DNA of 64,000 bases, from positions 5,890,001 through 5,954,000 of the forward strand of contig OZ249437.1 of NCBI GenBank assembly GCA_965235115.1, in the 5' to 3' direction. Positions 1 to 11,955 of this stretch are shown in pieces. Source of the stretch: Laetmonice hystrix (taxonomy: Eukaryota). The translations under genes and the position numbers were made by a program. The notes beneath the pieces were generated by a model. The model did no database searches. It was not told the DNA's origin and worked only from the letters and a program-made list of their open reading frames with translations. Position 1 is the stretch's first letter, and each line of letters opens with the position of its first letter.

Positions 1-641
1 GTCTTCTAGTCTATATTCACACAGGTGCAACCCGTTTCCCATGTGGTGGAGGCGATTGATTCTTCCGACTGAATGCCATTGTCAATCATCGTCCCACAGC
101 GCCCGGTGGGGTTGTGGATGAAAACAGCCAGGCTACATAGAAAACACAAAGTCAAACGGAACCTGCCTTATCATATAGCCCAGGGAGTCATCGCTCAGCT
201 GTCAGATGGAACTCTTCCCCTATGTAAACATCGGCGACAATGGCGGTGCCTGTCAACAGAAGACAACCCCTGCAAAGTTTTCAACAATACGGCCGAGTTC
301 AGAGGAACAAGGACATATTGAAGTTGGCCTTACAATATCACTGGAAAGATCGAATAGTTTGTAAACTATAAACATCTATCTTCCATCGACTGAATACGTT
401 TTATGTACGGTGTACAGTTATTCATCACAATACATCACTCAGACGTTTGCAGACCGATACATGATTGTCTGCCTGGTCGTAGCAGAATGCAAGTGAACAT
501 GCCAGAGAAACTCTTTGCCACACGATACTGACAAAGTGTACATGACCCAGGAACGACGACCGACTTGTGTTACCAGTCAGTCGTCATGGAATGTGGCTAA
601 ACACGAGTACACTTCTATTACTCCTTTAACGACAAACTATA

Positions 642-1664
642 TTGGTTGTCAAGGTCAAATGTCCTCAATAACAAATCAAATGTAATATTTGGTAATCAAA
701 TGTCAAAGCAAATGTCCAATCAATGAAAAACACAGAACAAATGTCCACCTGGACCAATTCCATATCATAATAGGTATACTAAATGTCATGTCATAACCTC
801 ACAGGTGGATCAAATGTAGCAGAGGGAATCCATATACCTCTTGGCAGCAAACACAAGCAGACATACCTTACCAGAGGATTTTCGATGCTGATAAACAGCG
901 CCTATATCATACCTACGACTCGTTGATCATCCCTACGACCAGGGAGAGGACTATCTTAAAGTGGCCAGGGTTCTTGGCATCAAATCATAAGCATTTCAAA
1001 GACTCGTGACAATTATTGGAATCACTATTTAACATTTGATTTCCCTTGTGGACATTCAAGAAATACGAGAAAGTGGATAAAAGAATAGATTGAAATGAGG
1101 ACAAACAATATTCTTTAACTAGTTTAAGAGCTTTGTTTTGCGCCTAATTATGGCACTATCTGTATTTGATATCACTATGTAACATTTGATTTCCCTAGTG
1201 GACATTTCATCTAGCTAATTGGACATTTAATTAGCTATCTGGACATTTGGCTTTAGCTAATTAGACATTGAGTTACCTATCTGGACATTTGAACTGCCTA
1301 TATTGATACAACGTAATTGGTATTCGCTAATTAAACATTGAATTAGATATTTGGACATTTGAACTGCCTATGTTGATGATTGGTATTCGCTAAACATTGA
1401 ATTAGCTATTTGGACATTGAACTGCCTATGTTGATGATTGGTATTCGCTAATTAAACATTGAATTAGCTATTTGGACATTTGAACTGCCTATGTTGATGA
1501 TTGGTATTCGCTAATTAAACATTGAATTAGATATTTGGAAATTTGAACTGCCTATGTTGATGATTGGTATTCGCTAATTAAACATTGAATTAGCTATTTG
1601 GACATTTGAACTGCCTATGTTGATGATTGGGGTAAACTCGTGGAAATTTGACCTGGAAAACCTA
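642..1664. mobile_element. Non-autonomous foldback-type DNA transposon with subterminal motif arrays
   Basis: Left end ACTATATTGGTTGTCAAGGTCAAATGTCC matches the reverse complement of the right end (ATTATATAGGTTTTCCAGGTCAAATTTCC) at 24/29 positions. TATA lies on both sides (638-641, 1665-1668) as a possible TSD. CAAATGT motifs cluster in the left arm and ACATTTG/GGACATT motifs in the right arm. No ORF. Confidence 0.65.
1283..1630. repeat. Tandem repeat, ~63-bp unit, ~5.5 copies, inside the foldback element
   Basis: Unit GGACATTTGAACTGCCTATGTTGATGATTGGTATTCGCTAATTAAACATTGAATTAGCTATTT starts at 1283, 1353, 1412, 1474, 1537 and 1600. Confidence 0.9.
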
Positions 1665-2959
1665 TATAATAGAATTGCGAAATTTGGACCAACTTTTTCT
1701 TGAAACCTGTTTCTGAAATGAACAGCGGAAATGTGAAATTATAAGATTAAAATGTAAAACTTGATCTTTTTAAAACTTTCAAATAAATCAATCTTGATGA
1801 TATGTATCTCGATAGTACATGTGTATCCCTTTTTCCCCTCAAGACTACTATTTATCATGCTCGATACCGAGACATACAACTTGGGATATACAAGGTTATT
1901 CATACAACATCCGGAGATACGTACCTTGAAGCCGAAATCCCCGCATCATGATGGATACAGAACCTAACAAACGCTTACGAGCCAGTTGAACTGGTGAAAG
2001 CTTCAAGTGGGCCGGACCCAGTGTGATACCCCCTCACTAAATCTGTGGACGAGATGGTATCTCTCACAAACAGGGCTGTGCTGAACAAAACCGCCTTATA
2101 AACCAGATCTTTGGATAGGCATTAAGCCAAATGCAGGTCAGCAGGCCAGAGACAAATTACTTATACATGCACGACTTTCTTCGAACACAATTACTCATAC
2201 CATGTTAATTTCATTAGTGTTTTACAAGTATTGTTCTTTCTCATAACTCCATAGTAATTCCATTAGGGAATCAATGTCACACCATTTGGTATGCACAAGC
2301 GGAATACGTGTTCTCTCGACGCTAACTCCTCCTAGAAACATCACTAATTTATCATCGACATTTTCTTTCTACTAGTACCTAGATGTTTTTTGTATCACTA
2401 CCAGATCCATTCTGACGGATGCAGCAGAATATTAACCGAAAGCTTCACCAAGACCGGCAATAAATGCATGATGCTATCTCTAAAATCCTCTATGATTAAT
2501 GTACAAAAGGTACAACGTTTTTTCTCATTATGTTCCGACACAGAAACTTATTCAATATGAGACTTTTGGCAAAAACTTGCGCACTCACTATAGGTACTCA
2601 ATATCTGGTACGTGTCACATTAAGTGCCAGACTCGCGTTAATTCTAGCCTCGGCTCAGTGAGAATACACCTTTAGATCAAGGAGTAATATACTTCTTCAA
2701 TCGTCGATTACTGATCTAATGAAGTCTAATCGAGAAAAAGGACGCTGTTATAAAGGGAAACAATTTCACACCCTGGCATCAATGCCGACATTTCAGTGAC
2801 ATCCTGGACAGCCGAATTCTGCCGCGATTATTTTCTTAACATCCTCGCATCTCACTGACCGAAGGAAAACGTTCTGGCCTCCTGGGCCAACTGACAACAA
2901 GGTTTACCCTTGGACTAATCATATTGATGAAGGGCATACTTTGCGATGATTTGGATCCA

Positions 2960-3757
2960 ATTAATTTTCAAAATGTCCACAAAAAATGTATGTCTATAGA
3001 AATTTATTTTAGGTGAAAACACTCCATGTCAGAACATCCTAGGTACATGATGAGTCACAAAGAAACTTCATTATCCATTATCTGTAGTAAGTGGTTTTCG
3101 AGATATGAATCTCACAAGGTCACTTAATTTAAACGGACGCAGTCACACATGAAACTTATCCTTACCATAGTTTATCGAGAGTACCGTATATGGTTACCTT
3201 ATATTTCATCTGAACACTAATTAAATTGGCCCGCTTGTTTCCTCTCATATGCCTTCTCTTGTCCCCATGTATGAAAGAACTTCCAGACAATTTTGTCACT
3301 TATTGCTTCAAATATCCAAGATGGCCACCAAGTGGTCATTTTGAAGAGGTTTGACCTGTGTCATTCTTGACTACCCGTGGTTATTATGTAACTGTACAGG
3401 CCATTGAAATATGCATGACCTTGATTGACCTTTCAAGATCACTTGAAATGGCGTCAAACGAAAGTTCATGTATGACTTCTTATCTGTCAATAATAACTAT
3501 TGCGTTATCTTGCACCGTTTTCGAGATATGAGCCAAACACTTTTGGGGTAAAAATACAAATATGGACGCCATGTCGCCATATTTACTCTGATCTGAGAAT
3601 ACATTGATATATACATTGCCTCTCACATGCACCTTCTTTGCAACAAATTTGAAAGAAATCGGGGTAGTTTTGTTCACGTTATTGCTTGAAATGTATTTAC
3701 ATCCAAGATGGCCGTCAAACGGTCATTGTGAAGCCCCCCCCCCGGTTGGGGGTTAAA
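2960..3757 (+). mobile_element. Helitron/Helentron-associated non-autonomous element (HINE-like) remnant; 5' boundary approximate
   Basis: Contains CCAAGATGGCC (twice), TTTTCGAGATATG (twice) and TGACCTT/AAGGTCA motifs. Ends in a GC hairpin AGCCCCC...GGGGGTT (3732-3754) followed by an A-run. The same terminal layout recurs at 62331-62357. Confidence 0.45.
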
Positions 3758-3829
3758 ATATGTGTTTCTCTATGATACCTGTTGCTTTAAAATACATGTT
3801 GAATAGTTGTTTTGTTTTTTGTTTTATAG

Positions 3830-3900
3830 GTTTCGCTGGATGGCCTGCAAACTACAGTTACTGCCCATATACCTTGGTGGAAATAACAGACTCTGTCTAA
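3830..3900 (+). CDS. Candidate 3' terminal coding exon of an unidentified gene ((G)FAGWPANYSYCPYTLVEITDSV*)
   Basis: Strong polypyrimidine tract GTTGTTTTGTTTTTTGTTTTATAG ending at 3829. The phase-1 frame is open to TAA at 3898-3900 and gives a protein-like peptide. No matching upstream exon was identified in the window. Confidence 0.45.
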
Positions 3901-5288
3901 CCACCCAAAGTTTTGACATCAATGAAAGGTCATAAAACTAGAAAATGGTCCGACCAAACGGCAATTTCCATAGTTGAGTGCATAGTGAACGTGAACGCTT
4001 TGACTTGGTGGCATATACCGGGTGGTTATGGAGTCAGCTCATTACGCTGTGATCATGTCGCATTAATAGTAGGAAGCCCATCCAAATCAGGGGAAGTGCA
4101 TCTTGCGCTGTGTATCCGGATACTGTACACATCCTCAATAAGATGCTTAATGTCATTACATCAGTGGGGATCGCATTAATGGAAATTCATGCGCATTATG
4201 CTGCAAGTCATTAGGTAGGTGCCGGTGAGTTATAGGCAAACACTCCAAGGCAAGCAATGATGAGAACATTTGTATCAATACATTTAACGCAGCTATCACG
4301 TGCTTTTAAAGCCTTGGGCATCATTCCTGGTTATAACACTGTTAACTACATGTAAATAGCCCTGCATTTACATTCCGGATGATACTGATCACCACACAGA
4401 ACGTCATCAGCAAATTTCCATATGCAACGTGTGTGGACAAAGAATCAACGGGAAAAGCTCCAGCTCGTGTTCTGCCAAAGCTGGCATAAATTCTCAGAAG
4501 GCATACCAGGGTTTTAAATTGAGAATGTTAAAGGAGGCTAAAATCAAATGCAATTTTTATGTGTGAAACATAAAGGTTACACATACGTTCCAAAATTAAC
4601 CAACGCAACTCTGAATATTCTAATAGAAATACCATTTGGCATTTCGTCATCGCAAATGGCAGCTACAGTTCCTGTCTAACGATGAATGAAGACTGATTTC
4701 TTGGAAGTCGAAAAGGTTACAACCAAGTTCATACTTTTCCTGGAATGAAGACCTTGTTAGATAATGTAAAACACGTATTTCATTACTATTCATGGGTGTA
4801 ACAGAAACGGAATGCTGCAGGCAAGTAATTATATATTTTGTTCCTGAATAAGAAAAGAGAGCCCCAGAAAAAACCTTTCCTCCTGCTTTCAAACTTGAAA
4901 TCTTCATGGCAATAGTACGGACTCTGAATGACTTGCTTTCAATTTCTTAAAAAATAAGGCCTCGAACAAATCCATTATGATTCCTAATGTTTGCTGAAGT
5001 CGGATGCAGTCTAACAGATAGCTTGGCTCGATCGTGTACTCTGAACCTATTGGTGCACTGCCTCTCCTTCACACCATCTGTAGCAAGATTTGGAGATTAG
5101 CCTCACAAACCCGAGGACTAAATCTTTTTGTTTGTTCTGTTGAGAGACAATTCCCATCACCTGCCAGGCATCGCTACGAGTCTGCTATAGTCCCCACACA
5201 GGTGCCTCATTCCCATAGGCTTACATCTTAACGTCATTTGGAATGGAGGCATTGAATTGGCTAAGCTGATGAACCAATGAACAAGACA

Positions 5289-5420
5289 CCTCACGTTAAG
5301 ACCTGCGGAGTGTCTGAACTGGGGTGCTTGATCTCTGGGGGCCTACTGAGACAATGGAACGAGTTGCCAATTGCATCTGTAATTAGAATCTGCCAGTAAA
5401 AGAAGTTCACAATTAAAAGC
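5289..5420 (+). mobile_element. Degraded LINE (L2/CR1-like) ORF2 C-terminal relic
   Basis: Single frame PHVKTCG...LLRQWNELP..., resembling the P-x-V-K-T-x-G ... W-N-x-L-P tail of L2/CR1-type ORF2. Short and degenerate. Confidence 0.25.
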
Positions 5421-7216
5421 CTCTGATGGCCTGAGGAAGCCAAGGGACTTAAAGGGGTTTCTACCTGTTGCTGGCAGTACTTATTATTCCAAAGGTTTCC
5501 AAAATATTTTATTTTTCATAAGAACAATACGAAGAAGGGGAAGAAAAAGATTGAATGACTGTCAACCTGAAACACAATGTAACATGACAATGCGTGTATT
5601 AATCGCAACCAATGGGGCAATTACCAGATAATTTATAGAACTCTGAGAGTATTATATCAATTTCTAAATTGTACATTATCTCCAGCGATAGTGGGGTCAC
5701 ACCTGGTATTCTTCAGGCTGCTGCACCCAGTGCACCTAGAACAACTTGGAACTACGCAGCAATTTGACTTGTGCCACCTCCACTACTGTCAATAGTCTGC
5801 CAGGGATGCGTTTCATCCAGGACAGACTGATATATTTGAAATTCTAACTCTGCCAAACTGGAAGAAGATACCATTGAGGCGAGACTTGGTGCCAGCGTCT
5901 TATGAGTGCACACAGGAAGTTATTCATAGTCAAAGTCCAAGTGGCCGGGAAGGAAGTGTTTGGGTGAAGGACATGTTTACGGAATACACCATCTTCATGT
6001 TCTGTTTACCTCATGTAAAGCTTTTTCCAACTCACTTGCTGTGCAAGGCCCCCTATTATATAATTCTGTGTCTCAGGATATTAACATGAATTGCAATATA
6101 TTTACCTATAAAAGATTGCTTAGATTTTTCTTCCTTAAAGTTGCGAAATCCTCATGTTCTCTTTTGTGTTGTGAAAATATCCTTATAATCAATCTTTTGT
6201 TCCCCTTAGTAAATTAATTTTGTTTTAGGTTTAATACCTTTCCTCCGTATTGCACAAACTTCAATTTACTTGGTTATATTTATTTGTAAATGTCACGTCA
6301 AATTTCACTCGAAAGTACTTTGGGATGTCATATAATCATTGTATGCTTTGAATCATGAATGTCCTGAACTGTTATATATACGGCGTCTACTGCCTGTAAT
6401 CAATTGGTATGACCAAATAAAAAAATTAATAAATGTGAGCTCTAGTCGACTCGGCCGATTGTACTCCCGGGGTATAGGGTAACTCTCCTCTGGGGCAGTA
6501 ATAGTGCAGCAGGGTAATTGTGGTGCGATAGTCCCCCAGGGCGATTGTCCCTGGGGTGACTGTCCTAGAATCGTTGTTATTGTATGATCAGAATTGTTTG
6601 ATATATTATCGGTACATAAACAGTTAGTTATAATGGGGCACTGGGTGTAGTGGGTCGCCGGGAGCGGGGAGAGAACACTCCTAGTGCTGTCTCTGACGTC
6701 TTGTATTAATAACACCCACTTGGCAAACAAGTAGACGGACTTTGTGGAGGACAGACAGACACGAGAGAGACATACCTGGTGACAGAACAAAAGCTTCACA
6801 ATCGATTCTTAAACACTTTTACCCTTTTGTCTCATTTTGTTTTGTCATAGCAGAAAACAGAAGTACTTCTAGTCTTTGTACTCAGCAAAGAAAAATTCAC
6901 CACACGTATTGATTAAATAGCACATGTACAACGAAAATGTAACAGTTACACAGATAGCGGGTTAAGAGGCATCCCACAACCGTAATTACAACATTCTAAA
7001 AAAATTAGTGAAGAAATATTCGCTGGGATGAGGGAACATTCCTGCTCATTAAACTCACGAAGTTTCCCGAAAAACTCATGCTTCCGCATGCCAACACGAA
7101 TTACTGACACAGTGTTCAAATGTTTTCTGGAGATGGTATTTTCCGTTTGGTAATTCTAGCAAAACTTTTATTCTCCAATAACGATGCGTTTCGTTCCACT
7201 CTGGTTCTGGATTTGA

Positions 7217-7765
7217 CATCTGGTGGTCGGTAGCACTGCCGCAGGGGACATTATGATTATCTGGTGGTTGGTAGCACTGCCACTGTGGACATTATCTGGT
7301 GGTTGGTAGCACTGCCACAGGGGACATTATCTGGTGGTTGGTAGCGCTGCCACAGGGGACATTATCGGGTGGTTGGTAGCACTGCCACTGTGGACATTAT
7401 CTGGTGGTTGGTAGCACTGCCACTGTGGACATTATCTGGTGGTTGGTAGCGCTGCCACAGGGGACATTATCTGGTGGTTGGTAGCACTGCCACAGGGGAC
7501 ATTATCTGGTGGTTGGTAGCACTGCCACTGTGGACATTATCTGGTGGTTGGTAGCGCTGCCACAGGGGACATTATCGGGTGGTTGGTAGCACTGCCACTG
7601 TGGACATTATCTGGTGGTTGGTAGCACTGCCACAGGGGACATTATCTGGTGGTTGGTAGCACTGCCACAGGAGACATTATCTGGTGGTCGGTGGCACTGC
7701 CACTGTGGACATTATCTGGTGGTCGGTGGCACTGCCACTGTGGACATTATCTGGTGGTTGGTAAC
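7217..7765. repeat. Minisatellite, 35-bp unit, ~15 copies
   Basis: Unit CTGGTGGTTGGTAGCACTGCCACTGTGGACATTAT, with interspersed CACTGTGG and CACAGGGG variants. Confidence 0.95.
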
Positions 7766-7783
7766 ACCAGAAGATACCACAAA

Positions 7784-8497
7784 CCACACGACCACCACAA
7801 CTGGATTGGGACCCACAGCCCTCACCATACGGTCATCACAACTGGATTGGGACCCACAGCCCTCACCACACGGCCATCACAACTGGGTGGGGAGCCACAG
7901 CCCTCACCACACGGTCATCACAACTGGATTGGGACCCACAGCCCTCACCACACGGCCATCACAACTGGGTGGGGACCCACAGCCCTCACCACACGGCCAT
8001 CACAACTGGGTGGGGAGCCACAGCCCTCACCACACGGCCATCACAACTGGGTGGGGAGCCACAGCCCTCACCACACGGCCATCACAACTGGGTGGGGAGC
8101 CACAGCCCTCACCACACGGCCATCACAACTGGGTGGGGAGCCACAGCCCTCACCACACGGCCATCACAACTGGGTGGGGAGCCACAGCCCTCACCACACG
8201 GCCATCACAACTGGGTGGGGAGCCACAACCCTCACCACACGGCCATCACAACTGGGTGGGGAGCCACAGCCCTCACCACACGGCCATCACAACTGGGTGG
8301 GGAGCCACAGCCCTCACCACACGGCCATCACAACTGGGTGGGGACCCACAGTCCTCACCACACGACCACCACAACTGGGTGGGGACCCACAGCCCTCACC
8401 ACACGGCCATCACAACTGGGTGGGGACCCACAGCCCTCACCACACGGCCATCACAACTGGGTGGGGAGCCCCAACCCTTACCACACGGTCACCACAG
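7784..8497. repeat. Minisatellite, 41-bp unit, ~17 copies
   Basis: Unit CACAGCCCTCACCACACGGCCATCACAACTGGGTGGGGAGC. Confidence 0.95.
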
Positions 8498-8789
8498 TTG
8501 AATGAGGCTTTGCTGGGCTTGGGCCCGAGTCCATTATGGCCAACTATGGCAAACTACCAATCCACTTAAAGATGGGGTTTCCTTCAACGGGAATTGACGG
8601 AAATAGGTTGTTTACGTTACAGCACGCTCAAATGTATCCAAAATAGATGTTAGTACGTGATACCACTACTCGCCCTTTGCACTGCCATATACACGTACAA
8701 AGTTATCAATCGCACCCTTACAACACGTGCCCACGTCCCAACATATTGTCTCCACGTTATATGTCATTAAGTCAGACGGATCAACTCAC

Positions 8790-8846
8790 CATCAGCACAC
8801 AAAATGCCACAGAGTAATTGAGCATCCCCGTCAGTGCCTGCTCCAT
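8790..8846 (-). CDS. Possible first coding exon (MEQALTGMLNYSVAFCVLM), unidentified
   Basis: ATG in TCACCATGG context at 8846, 19 open codons, then donor ATG|GTGAGT. No convincing downstream exon was found. Confidence 0.2.
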
Positions 8847-9994
8847 GGTGATATTTCGGACTACTCTAGTATGTAGGTCACCACATGGACCTTTTCGGGA
8901 TCCAATTTCAGACAACACTTTTTTTCTGAACCAGCTGCTGCCTTTCTCCGTAAAGATCTCGGGAGCAGTACTTGCTGCACTGTTGATAAGTCAGCAACGG
9001 CTCGCTAAACAAACTCTCCAAAACAATGGGGTTGTTTATCAAGCATGCCCTGCTGCTCTTATCTTCCATTTGGGTGGAGACATTACACTGCAGCAGATCC
9101 CATGACATATCGGGCGCCATTCCAGTATCGTTCAACATCGCCTAACAAATTATTTTCTCTCTCTGAAAAATGTTTTGTTGAATCAGCAATCCTTCAGGAA
9201 GTTGCAGCTCGCTTACACTTATTTGATGGAGTATGTATCTGTATCAATATTATCACTGGTCAATAGTCCTTGAAATTGTACTTTGTTACTTTTGATATGA
9301 TTGGTTGTTTTACTCATATTCTAACACAATGACAGCCCTACAAACCAACCTTTCCCGCGTCTGTTCCACTTAGAGCAACCATTTCAATAATTTATATCTC
9401 TTTGACCAACAGCGACAACAATCTGTTAACTTCCATCATGTTGTTATGTTGACCTCTGTACGGCAATAGTCTGTGAGTGTGTCCAGACCCGTGACAAGTC
9501 GACCCTTGTCTGTAACACCAAGTGAAAGCACAACCCAATCAACGCGTGACGTCTTACGTCACGTGTCTCCTGTGGCAACAACAATGTAGTCTGACCTCTC
9601 GCCTCCTTGTACATTCCTCTCCAGCTCGCCGCCATGTGGAAAAAATATTCATCACAGTTTACCATTTTTTCTTATTCTCAGCCACGTAACTTAATTTTCT
9701 ATCCGTGTTTCTTGAGTCGAATTTATATTTTGCGCATTTGTTTGCACATGTATGAATCTGGAATCACATTCGTCTGCAGAACGATGTCTCGAAGGACACC
9801 GCGCCAATCAACTGGTTGACAGCTGATTGACAGGTCGAACCCTATCCTAGTTAGAATTGACCGTCAACTGTCACGGGAAGGGGGCCACCGGGAATAGTAA
9901 TGAACTTACATGATGAGCAGAACAGTTTGTCTTCACGATCCTCACGCATAGTTAATTAAACGTTCGCCGTGAGTGAATGGCCGGGCTTGGCTGA

Positions 9995-10757
9995 CTGAGT
10001 AACCGAGGTCATAAAGGCACTCAACACTAGGCGTTTGGTCTGAGTAACCGAGGTCATAAAGGCACTCAATACCAGGCGTTTGGTCTGAGTAACCGAGGTC
10101 ATAAAGGCACTCAATACCAGGCGTTTGGTCTGAGTAACCGAGGTCATAAAGGCACTCAATACTAGGCGTTTGGTCTGAGTAACCGAGGTCATAAAGGCAC
10201 TCAATACCAGGCGTTTGGTCTGAGTAACCGAGGTCATAAAGGCACTCAATACCAGGCGTTTGGTCTGAGTAACCGAGGTCATAAAGGCACTCAATACCAG
10301 GCGTTTGGTCTGAGTAACCGAGGTCATAAAGGCACTCAATACCAGGCGTTTGGTCTGAGTAACCGACGTCATAAAGGCACTCAACACTAGGCGTTTGGTC
10401 TGAGTAACCGAGGTCATAAAGGCACTCAATACCAGGCGTTTGGTCTGAGTAACCGAGGCCATAAAGGCACTCAATACCAGGCGTTTGGTCTGAGTAACCG
10501 AGGTCATAAAGGCACTCAATACCAGGCGTTTGGTCTGAGTAACCGAGGTCATAAAGGCACTCAATACCAGGCGTTTGGTCTGAGTAACCGAGGTCATAAA
10601 GGCACTCAATACCAGGCGTTTGGTCTGAGTAACCGAGGTCATAAAGGCACTCAATACCAGGCGTTTGGTCTGAGTAACCGAGGTCATAAAGGCACTCAAT
10701 ACCAGGCGTTTGGTCTGAGTAACCGAGGTCATAAAGGCACTCAATACCAGACGTTTC
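9995..10757. repeat. Minisatellite, 45-bp unit, ~17 near-identical copies
   Basis: Unit CTGAGTAACCGAGGTCATAAAGGCACTCAATACCAGGCGTTTGGT. Confidence 0.97.
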
Positions 10758-10925
10758 GTCTGTCTCGTCTGTAGACTTTATCGTTTAACATTTTCCATCA
10801 AGATAACAACCACGTTTTTTTATGTAAAGAACGTACTTCACAGTTAAACAACAGTATATTAAACTTTATCTTAAATACCTCAAACCAAAGTAACTAAACT
10901 GTTTGTTTCCTGGTCCTTGGTTTTA

Positions 10926-10973
10926 CCCCCCCCCCCCCTCATAGCAAGGCGAGACGGCGGGGGGGGGGGGGGG
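10926..10973. repeat. Inverted C13 / G15 homopolymer pair
   Basis: C-run at 10926-10938 and G-run at 10959-10973, separated by 20 nt. Confidence 0.85.
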
Positions 10974-11548
10974 TGTTGGGACGACGGAGCGCGGGGGTGA
11001 ATGGACTGTCAGCAGGCGTTCGCTTCCTCCGGGACAACGATCGACATCCTCCTTGTGGGAACGCCATCTGGTGGGTGGGAGGGAGGTGGGATGGAATTAG
11101 TGTTTGTGTATGTGACCCCTGTTCGAACGGTGTCGCATCACCAAACAGCACCCTCATCCTGCCAGGGCCGGGTTAGTGTAACAGCCCCTCGCACGGCATG
11201 CTACGGTCCTCACCTAAACACAACTCTCCGCCAACGACATCCGGGTCCCATCATCTCAAACACCGTTTGTGACGTCATACCGACTGGCTGCGCGCGGGTA
11301 TCTTTGACGTGAGTATTCCTCCTCACAGACTCAATCCGGGCAGCCTTGCTCAGGAGATGAAGCCAGGATGAGTTATTTTGACAGGGCACGCAAACTAACC
11401 GTTCCGGGTGCCACTGGCTCTGTATGATAAGACTGAGTATGATGAATAAAGGCAATTGCGGGAGCATATGTCAAATATTAATTACAGAAGCAAAGAGATA
11501 GACGTTTGGAAGCTCCCTCGTCACACGGCAAGACATCGCTGATAACCA

Positions 11549-11955
11549 CTCGGCTCAAACCCTCGCCGACCCAGCTACCGTCCCCTGCCCTCCCCCTCGG
11601 CTCAAACCCTCGCCGACCCAGCTACCATCCCCTGCCCCCACCCCCTCGGCTCAAACCCTCGCCGACCCAGCTACCGTCCCCTGCCCCCCCCCCCTCGGCT
11701 CAAACCCTCGCCGACCCAGCTACCGTCCCCTGCCCCCACCCCCTCGGCTCAAACCCTCGCCGACCCAGCTACCGTCCCCTGCCCCCCCCCCCCTCGGCTC
11801 AAACCCTTGCCAACCCAGCTACCATCCCCTCCCCCCCCCTCGGCTCAAACCCTCGCCGACCCAGCTACCATCCCCTGCCCCCCCCCCCTCGGCTCAAACC
11901 CTCGCCGACCCAGCTACCATCCCCTGCCCTCCCCCCTCCCCCCTCCCCCCTCCCC
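11549..11955. repeat. C-rich minisatellite, ~46-50-bp unit with variable poly-C, ~8 copies
   Basis: Unit CTCGGCTCAAACCCTCGCCGACCCAGCTACCGTCCCCTG(C)n. Confidence 0.93.

Noticed and set aside
4395-4430. Minus-strand WKFADD as an RT catalytic motif
   Set aside because: Isolated hexapeptide with a stop a few codons upstream and no other RT motifs in register.
6500-6570. CCCCAGGG/CCCTGGGG hairpin as a MITE
   Set aside because: Only one end is recognisable and there is no TSD.
6760-6800. Single minus-strand AG|GT recursive-splice-like site (TTTTGTTCTGTCACCAG|GTATGT)
   Set aside because: One or two such sites per strand are expected by chance in 64 kb.
9080-9145. DVERYWNGARYVMGSAAV as a Helitron Rep motif
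   Set aside because: Only loose similarity, an immediate stop, and no other Rep/helicase motifs.
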